Below, piece after piece: positions 1 to 8,939 of a stretch of 58,454 nt of DNA. The number at the start of each line of letters is the position of its first letter. Within the stretch, counting starts at the first letter, position 1. The stretch lies in IMG/VR virus record IMGVR_UViG_3300043443_000324, positions 1 through 58,454 of that record; one strand, written 5' to 3'. The translations under genes and the position numbers were made by a program. The notes beneath the pieces were generated by a model. That model had not been told where the DNA came from. It did no database searches and saw only the letters and a program-made list of their open reading frames with translations. The DNA is from a virus. Lineage: Duplodnaviria; Caudoviricetes.

Positions 1-127
1 CGACCCAGTACTGCTGGACCGTCGCGGGGACGACAACGTACTGGTCGGCCGACAGCGTGCCGACGAACTTGTAGGCGATGCGGTTCAACTCGCTGCCCGT
101 GAGCGTGTAGGTGCCGCCCGTGACGCT
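1..127. repeat. Terminal direct repeat (circular assembly overlap), identical to 58328-58454
   Basis: First 127 nt match the last 127 nt; a gene reads in frame across the join. Confidence 0.95.
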
Positions 128-892
128 GATCGACGTGTAGTCGAAGGCGAAGACCGCCTCTTGGCCCAGCCCCAGCGTGTACCACGTCAGGCCGTCGGTC
201 AGGAGGTTGGTGCTCTCGCCCGGTCGCAGCGCGAGGCTGGGCAGGTCGTCGATGGTCTCGCTGCCCGCCGCGTCGACAGTCAGGTCGCCGCCGCCGCTGT
301 TGCGCACCGCGACGAAGAAGTTGTTGCCGACGGTCGCCGCGCTGAGGAGGTTCAGCGTGCCGGTGCCCGTGCCGGTCCAGACGAGGGCCGAGGCGCGGTC
401 GGTGGCCAGCAGCGTGCGCGGGCTGCTGTTGAACGTCGTCACCGGCAGCGACTGCGAGAGCGTGTTCGACGTGACGGTCAGGCCGTAGCCCGCCAGCGCC
501 GAGGCCTGCACAGTCGCGGTCGACGCGCCGTAGCGGAAGACGCGCCAAGTGCCAGCCGCCGTGCTGGTGTTGGACAGGTAGACCTGCCACTGCTCGCCGA
601 CGCCCACCGTGGCGATGGTGCTGCCGCCGTAGTCCTTGACGAGGAAGCTGTTCGTGCTGGCGGGCAGGTTGTTGAACAGGATCGTCTGCCCCGCGCCCGT
701 CTGCGTGGCGTCGGGCAGCGTGACGCTGTAGGAGCCACTCGTCGTGACGTCGATGATGCGCGCCGCCGGGTTCGACGGGTCGTTGCTCTCAAGCGGCCAC
801 TCCAGCGCCTTGTCGGCGGAGAGGGCCAGCGCCAGATAGGACACGTCCGAGGGGTAGATCGTCGTGCCGCCGAAGACCTGCGTGTAACTCAT
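1..892 (-). CDS. 5' part of a tail/tail-fibre protein that spans the circular junction (continues 58327..57411; about 602 aa)
   Basis: ATG at 892 (MSYTQVFGGTTIYPSDVSY...), open to 1 and in frame with the 57411..58415 ORF once the overlap is removed. Confidence 0.85.
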   Translation of the reverse strand, partial: MSYTQVFGGTTIYPSDVSYLALALSADKALEWPLESNDPSNPAARIIDVTTSGSYSVTLPDATQTGAGQTILFNNLPASTNSFLVKDYGGSTIATVGVGEQWQVYLSNTSTAAGTWRVFRYGASTATVQASALAGYGLTVTSNTLSQSLPVTTFNSSPRTLLATDRASALVWTGTGTGTLNLLSAATVGNNFFVAVRNSGGGDLTVDAAGSETIDDLPSLALRPGESTNLLTDGLTWYTLGLGQEAVFAFDYTSISVTGGTYTLTGSELNRIAYKFVGTLSADQYVVVPATVQQYWV

Positions 893-1542
893 GCTTCTTT
901 CCTCACGGCAGAGCGGTCAAGTATCTTGGCGAGGTCTTCGCCGTTGAGCATGGCCGCCGAGCGGTCGTACATGGACTGCCAGACCGGGATGCGCTCGTCG
1001 TTCTTCAGGAACGGGGTGGCCTCCAGCAGCGCCCCGTAGAGCAGGAGCTGCGGCGCGTATTCGGTCAGCCAGTTGGTCTGCGTCGTGTCGTCGAGCAGCG
1101 GCGGCAGCTCGTAGTACAGGATTTCGATGGGGTAGGCCGCGTCGGGCGTCGGCGCGATAAGCCAGTGACTGTAGTCATAGTCGCTGTAGAATACCGGCTC
1201 CGCCGTCTCGCTCTCATCCGGCCAGTAGCTGCGCAGGTACTCGTAGTCGCGGGTGAAGAGCGTCTTGCGCTTGGTGTTGCCGACGCCCGTGCCGATGTTG
1301 AGCGAGACCGTGTCGCGCCAGCGGTCGGGCTTGTCGTAGACCGACTGGCCCTGATTGAGCGTCGTCGTGACGACGTTGATGAAGCCCTGCACCTTCAGTT
1401 CGCGGGCGATGCGCCGCTCTGCGAGGTTGATAAGGCGCGGGATTTGCTCGAAGACGACGGGGTCGGACGCAAGCGTCGCGCCGCGCTCGAGGTAGCGCTG
1501 CACGTCCTGCTTCAGCGTCGCGAAGGTCATCGTGGTTGCCAT
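889..1542 (-). CDS. Head-tail adaptor / tail tubular protein A-like
   Basis: LINLAERRIAREL, APTPDAAY, TNWLTEYAPQLLLYGALLEA pattern typical of podovirus adaptor proteins; late-gene context. Confidence 0.7.
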   Translation of the reverse strand: MATTMTFATLKQDVQRYLERGATLASDPVVFEQIPRLINLAERRIARELKVQGFINVVTTTLNQGQSVYDKPDRWRDTVSLNIGTGVGNTKRKTLFTRDYEYLRSYWPDESETAEPVFYSDYDYSHWLIAPTPDAAYPIEILYYELPPLLDDTTQTNWLTEYAPQLLLYGALLEATPFLKNDERIPVWQSMYDRSAAMLNGEDLAKILDRSAVRKEA

Positions 1543-1557
1543 GGCCTTACCCCTATA

Positions 1558-1818
1558 TCACTTTTCACCGGCTTTGACAGCCTCACGCCACGCGTCGACT
1601 GTCAAGCGGTGTTTAACGGCACAATCCTCGTAGGCGGCCAGCACGTCGACCTCCCACTGCAGGCGGTCAGGGTCGAGCAGCGGCTCCGGCACCGTCGGCA
1701 GCATCCGACACGGCGACGACAGGTTGGCCGGTGGCAGCGGCATTGACACTGGCGACACGGCCTTGGAGCACCCCGACGCCAGCAGGAGGCACGGCACAAT
1801 CAGAAGGCACCTCAACAT
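1558..1818 (-). CDS. o-spanin (Rz1-like lipoprotein)
   Basis: Lipobox LASG-C, Pro-rich linker, second Cys; overlaps the i-spanin out of frame. Confidence 0.8.
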   Translation of the reverse strand: MLRCLLIVPCLLLASGCSKAVSPVSMPLPPANLSSPCRMLPTVPEPLLDPDRLQWEVDVLAAYEDCAVKHRLTVDAWREAVKAGEK

Positions 1819-2062
1819 TGCGGTATATCTCCCTGATAGTGTTACGCGTCTCGATGTTCGTGGTCTCCGCGCCGCCGCGCCAGTCCTCGTAGCCAGTCGA
1901 CGCGCCGTCGATCTTGGCCTGCATTTCCTTGCGAAGCTGGTCGGCACGCACGACCGCCGCCAAAGCGTCGGCGTCCGCCTTCCAATCACGTACCGACCAG
2001 CCAGCGAAAAGTCCTACCATAAGTGCGCCGCCCGCGCCCCACAAAAGTAGAGGGTTAATCAT
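1667..2062 (-). CDS. i-spanin (Rz-like)
   Basis: N-terminal TM helix, coiled coil, C-terminal Cys; follows holin and endolysin. Confidence 0.8.
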   Translation of the reverse strand: MINPLLLWGAGGALMVGLFAGWSVRDWKADADALAAVVRADQLRKEMQAKIDGASTGYEDWRGGAETTNIETRNTIREIYRNVEVPSDCAVPPAGVGVLQGRVASVNAAATGQPVVAVSDAADGAGAAARP

Positions 2063-2312
2063 TGTTAGAGACCCCCTTGATCTTACCCCACTCGCGGACG
2101 GCGAACGCGCCAGCGGTCGCGGTGACGAGGAGCGACAGGCCGGTTAGGTCCGTCGGCATTTCGCCCTTGCGGAAGAACATGTAGAGCGGCAGAACCACGC
2201 CGTGGACGGCCATAGTCCCGGCGATCCAGATGCAGGTGACCGGACGCCACCACTTGCGGATGACGCAGAGCGCTACCTTTTCCGCAGCGAGGAGGCGGTC
2301 CTTGAGGCTCAC
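2055..2312 (-). CDS. Holin
   Basis: GTG start overlapping endolysin stop; 85 aa, two hydrophobic helices, WRP motif. Confidence 0.7.
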   Translation of the reverse strand: MSLKDRLLAAEKVALCVIRKWWRPVTCIWIAGTMAVHGVVLPLYMFFRKGEMPTDLTGLSLLVTATAGAFAVREWGKIKGVSNND

Positions 2313-2842
2313 GGGACGCGCTTCGCCAGCGCGACAGCGGCGCGCTCGACGTCGCGCACGCGGTTCAGCCAGCCCTTGCCGAAGATGGGGAAGGTCTTCA
2401 ACAGCTTGTAGTAGTCGCGCCGCATGTCCTGATACTCCATGACCGCGTGCTCGCGGCCCTTGGAGCGGACATACTGGCCCATGAGCGACAGGGTCTTGGG
2501 GCCGATGACGCCGTCTTCCTTCGCGCCCACCATGCGCTGCAGGTAGCGCGCGGCCCGATTGGTGCCAGCGTTGACGCCGAAGTCGAAGACGCACAGGTCG
2601 AGGCCGCTGGGTATCTCATCGCCGCAGACGACGTCCCAAAACTTGACCTTGTAGAGCTTCGTGACGTGCTGCACGGTCAGGCCGCGCATGATCTTCTCGG
2701 TGACCGGGTGGCCGATCCACTCTTCGTAGACGCGCTGCGTGACGCCGAGATTGGTCCGCCCACCCGGATCGGACGGATGGTGACCGTAGCCGCCCTCGTG
2801 CTTCAGCACGATCTTGAGACAATCGTCGAAGTTGCCCTTCAT
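2309..2842 (-). CDS. Endolysin, glycoside hydrolase family 108 with PG-binding domain
   Basis: HEGGY..HPSDPGGRTNLGVT, FDFGVNAG, DGVIGPKT, FGKGWLNRV; ATG at 2842. Confidence 0.9.
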   Translation of the reverse strand: MKGNFDDCLKIVLKHEGGYGHHPSDPGGRTNLGVTQRVYEEWIGHPVTEKIMRGLTVQHVTKLYKVKFWDVVCGDEIPSGLDLCVFDFGVNAGTNRAARYLQRMVGAKEDGVIGPKTLSLMGQYVRSKGREHAVMEYQDMRRDYYKLLKTFPIFGKGWLNRVRDVERAAVALAKRVP

Positions 2843-3810
2843 ACTGCCGCTCCCCTGAAATAAGCGACGTCGTCGATAACCTCGCACAACTCTGGGGGCA
2901 ACAGCTTGCCATCCTTGAAAGTTAGGACCGCAAATCCGGATGTGTGAGGAAAAGGGTTGTTTTCGGCATAGTCGAATTGCGGCCCCAGCGGGTCGGATAG
3001 CGTGCCGGTGTCGACGCCCCAGCGCCTGCCGTTGTAGTCCGCCCACGGCGTGACGATCAGGCGGTGCAGGTGGCCGGTGATGATGGACCAGCCGGACTTC
3101 AGCGTGTTGTTGTAGGCGGCGTGTACGCCGTTGGCGTAGCGGTGCTTGACCATCACGTTGCCGTTGATCGCCAGCGACCACGCGAAGTCCCAGTTGTGGA
3201 ACTTGTCCTCCAAGCGGTCGAGCACGCCCTCGTATTCGCTGGCGTTGCTCGCCAGCATGCGGTCGAAGCGCATGTCGTGGTTGCCGACGTTCCAGAAGAA
3301 CGCGCACCGCTTGGGGTCTGCCGTGAGGTATATCTCGTGCAGATATCCATCACAAACTTCGAGTTCCTCCTTGACGCTGGGCAATTCCGACCAGCCCAGC
3401 TTGTCGTGCCGGGTGACCCGCGCCCCGTCGAAGATGTCGCCGTTGGCCACGACGACCCTCGGCTTCAGGTCGGCGATGATCTTGAGCAGCGCCTCGTGGG
3501 CCACGCTCTTGGGCTGGCCGGGCCAGAAGTGCGCGTCGCTGAAGACGATGACGTGGCCGTCGATGACCTCGAAGTCGTTCTGCCGCTTGTAGGCCCGACC
3601 CGTGTCGCGCCAGCCGTGCAGCTTGGATGTGCTGTCGCCCTGCTTGTTCTGCGCGATGGTGGGCAGCGCGGCCCCTGCGTCCGCGAGTTTCTTTCGGCGG
3701 CGGTAAATCTGGCGCTCGGACAGACCCGTTATGTACTGCATCATGGTAGGGCTGTGCCCTGCCCTGCTCCACGCGAGGACGAACTCCTCGTCACTGATCT
3801 TGGTAGCCAC
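2839..3810 (-). CDS. Calcineurin-like metallophosphoesterase with N-terminal HTH-like segment
   Basis: SDAH, NGDIFD, GNHD, KH, TGHLH motifs. Confidence 0.85.
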   Translation of the reverse strand: MATKISDEEFVLAWSRAGHSPTMMQYITGLSERQIYRRRKKLADAGAALPTIAQNKQGDSTSKLHGWRDTGRAYKRQNDFEVIDGHVIVFSDAHFWPGQPKSVAHEALLKIIADLKPRVVVANGDIFDGARVTRHDKLGWSELPSVKEELEVCDGYLHEIYLTADPKRCAFFWNVGNHDMRFDRMLASNASEYEGVLDRLEDKFHNWDFAWSLAINGNVMVKHRYANGVHAAYNNTLKSGWSIITGHLHRLIVTPWADYNGRRWGVDTGTLSDPLGPQFDYAENNPFPHTSGFAVLTFKDGKLLPPELCEVIDDVAYFRGAAV

Positions 3811-3832
3811 GGTCTGTCTCCCTAAAGCCGGG

Positions 3833-4090
3833 TCAGGCCTTGTCTTCCTTGCGGTCCAACTTCTTGAAGATGGTGCCGAGGTTGTTGTCGATCTTGTCGA
3901 AACCGGAGCGCATCTCCTCCTTCATCTCCTTCATCGCGTCCTTCCAGTCGTCCCGCGAGACGTAGGTGTGCGGCATGGCGCGGACGTCGGCGTCAAGGCG
4001 CTCGATGGATTTGCTGAGGTTGTTCAAGACCCATCCTCCGAAGAAGCCAGCCGCGCCGAAGGCAATGTTAAACAGTATCTGGTAGTCCAC
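3833..4090 (-). CDS. Small membrane protein with coiled coil (possible holin/antiholin)
   Basis: N-terminal TM helix then charged coiled coil; just upstream of the lysis region. Confidence 0.6.
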   Translation of the reverse strand: MDYQILFNIAFGAAGFFGGWVLNNLSKSIERLDADVRAMPHTYVSRDDWKDAMKEMKEEMRSGFDKIDNNLGTIFKKLDRKEDKA

Positions 4091-4099
4091 CGACGGCTC

Positions 4100-4462
4100 T
4101 CACTTCAGGTTGCGCAGCTTGTAGATCGCCGACAGGTAGACGGCCGTGAGGGTGTCGATCAGGTTCGCAACGGCGCGGTTGCCCTTGCACACCTTCTCGT
4201 GGTTCTCCTCGATCCACGCCGCGTCAGCCTCCAGCAGCGGCAGGATGGCGCTCTTGGACGTGTCCGGCACGGGGATGGTGCCGATGAGGTCGAAGGCCCC
4301 CTGATAGGCCTCCACCAGCGCGTCCAGCGCCTCGATTATGTCGTCGTAGAAGGTGCCCAGCGCCATGTGCTTGGCGAAGCTGCCGTCGCCCTTGGCGCGC
4401 CAGTGCTCGAAGTGGGCGACGTTGCGGGCGTAGAAGGCCCGCGCGATGAGCTGTTCGATCAC
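4100..4462 (-). CDS. Ferritin/Dps-like four-helix protein (DUF5856-like)
   Basis: H..HW....SFAKHMALGTFYD....LDALVEAYQG, YKLRNLK. Confidence 0.7.
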   Translation of the reverse strand: MIEQLIARAFYARNVAHFEHWRAKGDGSFAKHMALGTFYDDIIEALDALVEAYQGAFDLIGTIPVPDTSKSAILPLLEADAAWIEENHEKVCKGNRAVANLIDTLTAVYLSAIYKLRNLK

Positions 4463-5061
4463 AGGTCGATCCTCTCGGTGACGACGATGGCGGAGGGTGC
4501 GGCAGGGGCGATGGCACCCGCCGCGATGGCGTCAAGCGTTACCGCCACGTTGGAAGGGAGCCACTTGATCTGGATGTACTGGCCCGCCGTCACCGTGACG
4601 TAGTAGACGATCTGGAAGAAGTTGTTGCCACCGTCGGCGGCCTTCGGGACGTTGATGACGGTGGCGCTGTTTGCGATGTTGGAGCCGTCTTTGGCGAACC
4701 AGATGGTGACCTCGTGGTCGTTGGTGTCGCTGTTGGCGAACTGGAGGCTGGTCGCAATCGAGTACGTGCCCGCCGTGGCGTAGGTGATGCGTGTCAGCGC
4801 GCTGCCGTCCGTGACAACTGTGACGCCCTTGGTGTTGATGTCGTTGCTGCCGAACTTGATGGAAGTCGCCGCGCTAACGCTGCCGGTCTGGTCAGTCGTG
4901 TCGTAGAAGGAGCCGATCTTGATGCCCGCGTAGGCCACATCCTCAGCGGCGGCCTGCGCGCTGCCGTAGCTGCCGCCGGAGAGCTGCGACAGTTCCATGA
5001 GTTCCGCGCCGGTCAGCGGTGTGCTGGCTGCGGGCAGTTCGCTGATCTTGATAGTCGCCAT
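4459..5061 (-). CDS. Virion structural protein (C1q-like beta domain)
   Basis: KISELPAAS..LTGAE N-terminus typical of fibre/structural proteins; beta-rich C-terminus. Confidence 0.6.
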   Translation of the reverse strand: MATIKISELPAASTPLTGAELMELSQLSGGSYGSAQAAAEDVAYAGIKIGSFYDTTDQTGSVSAATSIKFGSNDINTKGVTVVTDGSALTRITYATAGTYSIATSLQFANSDTNDHEVTIWFAKDGSNIANSATVINVPKAADGGNNFFQIVYYVTVTAGQYIQIKWLPSNVAVTLDAIAAGAIAPAAPSAIVVTERIDL

Positions 5062-5077
5062 GTTCGTCAGTTCCTAT

Positions 5078-5150
5078 GTGTAACGGCGTCGGCAGCCGGG
5101 AGGGAGGAGATGCCGCCGACGCCGCCACACGGCAAGGGGAGCGATCCTTG
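5078..5150 (-). ncRNA. Candidate structured RNA: 19-bp hairpin with CU-rich anti-SD-like loop plus a small hairpin
   Basis: 5078-5096 pairs with 5112-5130 (G-U pairs favour minus strand); loop AUCUCCUCCCUCCCG. Confidence 0.4.
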
Positions 5151-5184
5151 GTCCGCAGTGGTCTGTGGGTTGCTCCGTTGCACG

Positions 5185-5412
5185 TTAAGGCTCCAGCGGG
5201 GTGTCAGGTCGCGGGAAGCGGAGGGTGATGTCCTCCGTCTGCCGGGCGGGCAGGCGGTAGGGGTCGTATTCGTCGAGGTCGTCCTTGCAGACGCGCAGGC
5301 CCGGATAGTTCGGGTCGGGCATCAGCTCGTCGTAGGGAAACTTGCGGCTGCAGCGGCCGCAGATGGCGATGGCCAGTGTGCCGCGTCCAGTCGTGTCGAG
5401 GAAGACGGGCAT
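5185..5412 (-). CDS. Small Cys-containing phage protein
   Basis: CGRC...VC motif, DEYDP, RFPRPD; phage-like codon usage. Confidence 0.75.
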   Translation of the reverse strand: MPVFLDTTGRGTLAIAICGRCSRKFPYDELMPDPNYPGLRVCKDDLDEYDPYRLPARQTEDITLRFPRPDTPLEP

Positions 5413-5413
5413 G

Positions 5414-6643
5414 TCAGCGTTTCCCCTTCTTGCGCTTCACGGCGAGGCCGCCGCGAGCCTTGCGGATGTCGGGATCGTTCGGGTCGTAGGTGCCACGGTT
5501 GCCGGTGGCGGACTTGATCTGGGTCGGTTCAAGAACTACCGTTGCGACCTGATCACCCCCGTCGAGGCCGCGCGGGAACTGGATCGCGTCGTAGCCGCTC
5601 TCTTTGAGCCACTCACGCAACGGCTCTGTGTCAAAACTGCCCCGAGGTCGCGCCGGGTCATATTCCCAATCCAACTCATTGCCACGCTGAAGGAACTCGT
5701 CGAAGGACGATGGCCGCCATGGGTTCTCGTATTTCAAGTACACCGGCATCATGTATGGGCTAACATCTGCCGTGGGTCGGCTGACTGTGTACAGCCCCGC
5801 GCCTTGCTCGTCGGCGCGGTCGCTAAACCATGAGCCTACAGTATCCATGCCCGGCTTACGCCTTGGTACGAGGTTGGGAACGGCCATACGGTCGAACACG
5901 CTGAAGTGCTGCCCGAGGCGGCTGCCCTCCCACGCATTAGTGCCATGGTAGAACATCTTCGGTTCACCGTATTCGTCGATGCCCTTGCTGCCTTCGAACC
6001 AACGGCTGAAGCGCGGATCAAGCATCAGTTCTGACGGCGGCATGTAATGCTCAAGGAGACTGGGCTCCATACGGCCACCAACCTGCTCACCACCGGCAAA
6101 CCAGCGCACCTCAGCAGGAACCGAGCGCAGTCCAAGGTCTCGTGCCACCGCCGCACGCGTATTGCCCTCAATTATGTAAGGGTCGCCAAGATGGTTGATG
6201 CCCACGAGGATTGGGCTGTCAGGGTAGAGGCCGTGCTCTTCGACGGAAGGACGCAAGCGGTCGTACTGCGCCTCGCCGGGCACACGACGCTCGCCGCGCG
6301 CTCCGGGGACGACAGCCAGTTTCTGCGGGTCTAGTTCAATCGGTTTCTTAAGGTAGCCAGTAACAGGGCCGGTGACCCTGTTATCCACGCTGTAGTTTTC
6401 CTCAGCACGGCGGCGGGTGTGCTTCAGCCAATCGCCGCCGGGATTATCGGTGCGCACTTTCGGCTTCACGCGGCGACGCGGCACCGCGAAGTCAACACCC
6501 TCGGGCTTCTGCCGCATGATGCGCTCGAGCGTCTTGCGCGCCTGCGCCTCGCTGGCGTCACGCGCGAGCAGACGGCTGCCAGCCCGCACGACGTCGTCGC
6601 CGAACTCGGCGGCGAGCTTCGCAAGGCTGGTGCGCCAGCTCAT
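5414..6643 (-). CDS. Putative virion cargo protein: shared N-module + ParB/Srx-like domain + ADP-ribosyltransferase-like (ART-PolyVal) domain
   Basis: PILV...IIEGNTRAAVARDLG (ParB-like); FSRWF..SK.ID..GEP..FYHGT, GSWFS, PVYL...NP, GYDAI, PTQIKSATGNRGTYDP (ART-PolyVal-like). Confidence 0.75.
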   Translation of the reverse strand: MSWRTSLAKLAAEFGDDVVRAGSRLLARDASEAQARKTLERIMRQKPEGVDFAVPRRRVKPKVRTDNPGGDWLKHTRRRAEENYSVDNRVTGPVTGYLKKPIELDPQKLAVVPGARGERRVPGEAQYDRLRPSVEEHGLYPDSPILVGINHLGDPYIIEGNTRAAVARDLGLRSVPAEVRWFAGGEQVGGRMEPSLLEHYMPPSELMLDPRFSRWFEGSKGIDEYGEPKMFYHGTNAWEGSRLGQHFSVFDRMAVPNLVPRRKPGMDTVGSWFSDRADEQGAGLYTVSRPTADVSPYMMPVYLKYENPWRPSSFDEFLQRGNELDWEYDPARPRGSFDTEPLREWLKESGYDAIQFPRGLDGGDQVATVVLEPTQIKSATGNRGTYDPNDPDIRKARGGLAVKRKKGKR

Positions 6644-7626
6644 CGCGTGTAGGCCCCGATAGCCGGAGCGATGTTCAGCGGCGAGTTGTCGCGCTCCTCC
6701 TGCTGGGCGATGTAGAGGGCCTGCTGCGCCTTGGCATCGAGCATGGGGATCATCCCCGCGTCGACCTCGACGTACTCCATGGCCAGCTTGGCGGCCAGCA
6801 TGGAGACGATGGCCTCATACCAGCGCTGGGGGACTTCGATCTCCTGCGTCATGGTCCCGACGTCCATGATGTGCCGGTGCGCCCATACGACGATCTGCAT
6901 CACCGTGGCGGCGCTGTTAGGCACAGGCCACAGGTTCATGACCGGGGAGAGCGACTGGCGGTCGAGCCAGTACTGGAGCGGCCTGTTGCTCTGGAACGAC
7001 TTGTTCGGCAGGTTCGTGAAGTCGTCGCGGTTGAGCCTCGCCAGCGGTATCTCCGTCGGCGTGTTGCCGAGGTATATCTGGCTGAAGCCGAGGGTGCCGC
7101 TGGTTGCCCGCACGCGGAAATACTCTGAGGGCACCACGCTGCCGAGATCGTACCAAGTCCACTCCCCACTGCTGGCTACGGGAACTTCCGACTGGATGAT
7201 GGTCCAAGTGACGCCGTCGTCGGAGCGCGAGAACTCAACGGGGACGGCGGTGGCGGACCAGAGGATGCCGACGGTGGTGACGGGCGTCTCGCCGCTGAAC
7301 TGGACGATGCGCGACGTCGAGGTGTCGGTGTTGGTGCCGCTCACCTCCTGCAGCCAGCGCAGGTTGCTGTTCAGGATGTCGACGGTGCCCTTGTCGGTCA
7401 CGACCGTGGGGACGCCCTCGTAGAGCGGGTAGATCGTCTTCTGGATGCACCAGAGCGGCGCGCCCTCGTTTGCCAGAGCCGACAGGAGCAGCCACAGGTT
7501 GTCGTTCGCGATGTCGACGTGCTCGGCGCTCAGAGACTGCGCGGGCATCTTGCAGCGACGCGCAGCGTGCTCGATCACGCGGCGCGTGTTGAACGTCGTC
7601 TGCGATACCGTGCCGGAATAGGCCAT
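6640..7626 (-). CDS. Head-tail connector / tail protein with inserted discoidin-like domain
   Basis: MAYSGT N-terminus, RDDFTNLPNK...RPLQYW, LWPVP, EVPQRWYEAI pattern. Confidence 0.65.
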   Translation of the reverse strand: MAYSGTVSQTTFNTRRVIEHAARRCKMPAQSLSAEHVDIANDNLWLLLSALANEGAPLWCIQKTIYPLYEGVPTVVTDKGTVDILNSNLRWLQEVSGTNTDTSTSRIVQFSGETPVTTVGILWSATAVPVEFSRSDDGVTWTIIQSEVPVASSGEWTWYDLGSVVPSEYFRVRATSGTLGFSQIYLGNTPTEIPLARLNRDDFTNLPNKSFQSNRPLQYWLDRQSLSPVMNLWPVPNSAATVMQIVVWAHRHIMDVGTMTQEIEVPQRWYEAIVSMLAAKLAMEYVEVDAGMIPMLDAKAQQALYIAQQEERDNSPLNIAPAIGAYTR

Positions 7627-7671
7627 AAGAAGTTGCTCGCTGGTTCAGGGCAGCAGCTCGCCACGTTCGGA

Positions 7672-7721
7672 GCAAGCATCTCTGGCCGCTCCTATGTAGC
7701 AGAGGCCTCCGCCCCTGTAAA
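7672..7721 (-). promoter_or_regulatory. Late-arm promoter TTTACA-N17-TACATA followed after 8 nt by CAGAGATGCTTGC
   Basis: Intergenic; same downstream motif and spacing as the terS promoter. Confidence 0.5.
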
Positions 7722-8669
7722 CTAACAGCCGGGGTAGAGCGGCTTGCGGGGCGCGGTCGTGACGACCATCGACTGCCGCGCGGCCTCCGGCACGACCATG
7801 TTCGCGCGGGCGAGTTCCTCAACCTGCAGGCTGCCACGCGCCGCCTCGGCCACGACAAGGTCGCCGCGCGGCAGTTCCTCGACCTGCAGGCTGCCACGGT
7901 CGCAGAACGGGTGGTAGGGTATCGGCACCGGGCTGCCGCCACGGACAAGCGCCGCGTAGAACGTGTTCGCGTTGTCGAAGCGTGCCGGGCGCAGCGTGAT
8001 GGTCGCGCTGATCGACGCCGCGTAGAAGGTGTTGCTGTTGGCGAACAGGCTCGGCGACAGCGTGATGCTGGCCTGCAGCGACGCCGGGTAGAAGGTGTTC
8101 GTGTTGACGACCAGCGGCGGGTAGAGGTCGTTCCTCGGCGTGACCGTCGCCGCGTAGAACGTGTTCGCATTGTCGAAGCGCGTGTTCTGCGTGAGGGTCG
8201 TGACGTTGGCGATGTAGGCCGAGTAGAAGGTGTTCGTGTTGTCGAAGCGCGCGGCCGACAGCGTGATGCTGGCCGACAGCGTGGCCGCGTAGAAGGTGTT
8301 AGTGTTGGTGAACAGGCCCGGCGACAGGGTCACTGCGCCCGGCGTCAGCGTCGCGGCGTAGAAGGTGTTGCTGTTGTCGAAGCGCGCAGGCAGCAGGGTC
8401 ACTGCGCCGGGCGTAAGCGTCGCGGCGTAGAAGGTGTTCGTGTTGACGACCAGCGGCGGCGACAGCGTGATGCTGGCCGTGATGCTGGCAGCGTAGAAGG
8501 TGTTGCTGTTGTCGAAGCGCGCGGGCGACAGGGTCACCGCGCCGGGTGTCAGCGTCGCAGCGTAGAAGGTATTCGTGTTGTCGAAGCGCGCCGTCTGGAC
8601 AAGGGTCTGCTGCACCGCAACAGGAAGTGCCGCGAATGACGTCTCCGAAAGAGAGGAGAAGCCGAACAT
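7722..8669 (-). CDS. Repeat-rich virion structural protein (10x NxNTFY repeats plus five 10-aa C-terminal repeats)
   Basis: MFGFSSLSETSFAAL start; repeats counted in the translation. Confidence 0.75.
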   Translation of the reverse strand: MFGFSSLSETSFAALPVAVQQTLVQTARFDNTNTFYAATLTPGAVTLSPARFDNSNTFYAASITASITLSPPLVVNTNTFYAATLTPGAVTLLPARFDNSNTFYAATLTPGAVTLSPGLFTNTNTFYAATLSASITLSAARFDNTNTFYSAYIANVTTLTQNTRFDNANTFYAATVTPRNDLYPPLVVNTNTFYPASLQASITLSPSLFANSNTFYAASISATITLRPARFDNANTFYAALVRGGSPVPIPYHPFCDRGSLQVEELPRGDLVVAEAARGSLQVEELARANMVVPEAARQSMVVTTAPRKPLYPGC

Positions 8670-8675
8670 CTGCGC

Positions 8676-8939
8676 TTACCCCGGCGCCGCCTGCGGCTCT
8701 GCAGGCCAGACGATGTTGAACGGGTCGGGCTGCTGCGTAACATCGCGCAGGGCCTGACGATATGTGGCCCAAGCAGCGGCGTCAACCGGCGCGTCAGGGA
8801 GTTGCGTCCAATCGCTTGCCGCGAGGCGGGCGTTGCGTTCTGCGCGTACCGTAGCCCACTGCGCGTCATAGTCAGGCGCAGGGGTTTCGGCGTATTCCAC
8901 TGCACCATCCGCACAATCAAAAATAGCTTCTTTGCTCAT
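8676..8939 (-). CDS. Tail fibre assembly chaperone
   Basis: VRAERNARLAASDWTQLPDAP...WATYRQALRDVTQQPDPFNIVWP. Confidence 0.85.
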   Translation of the reverse strand: MSKEAIFDCADGAVEYAETPAPDYDAQWATVRAERNARLAASDWTQLPDAPVDAAAWATYRQALRDVTQQPDPFNIVWPAEPQAAPG

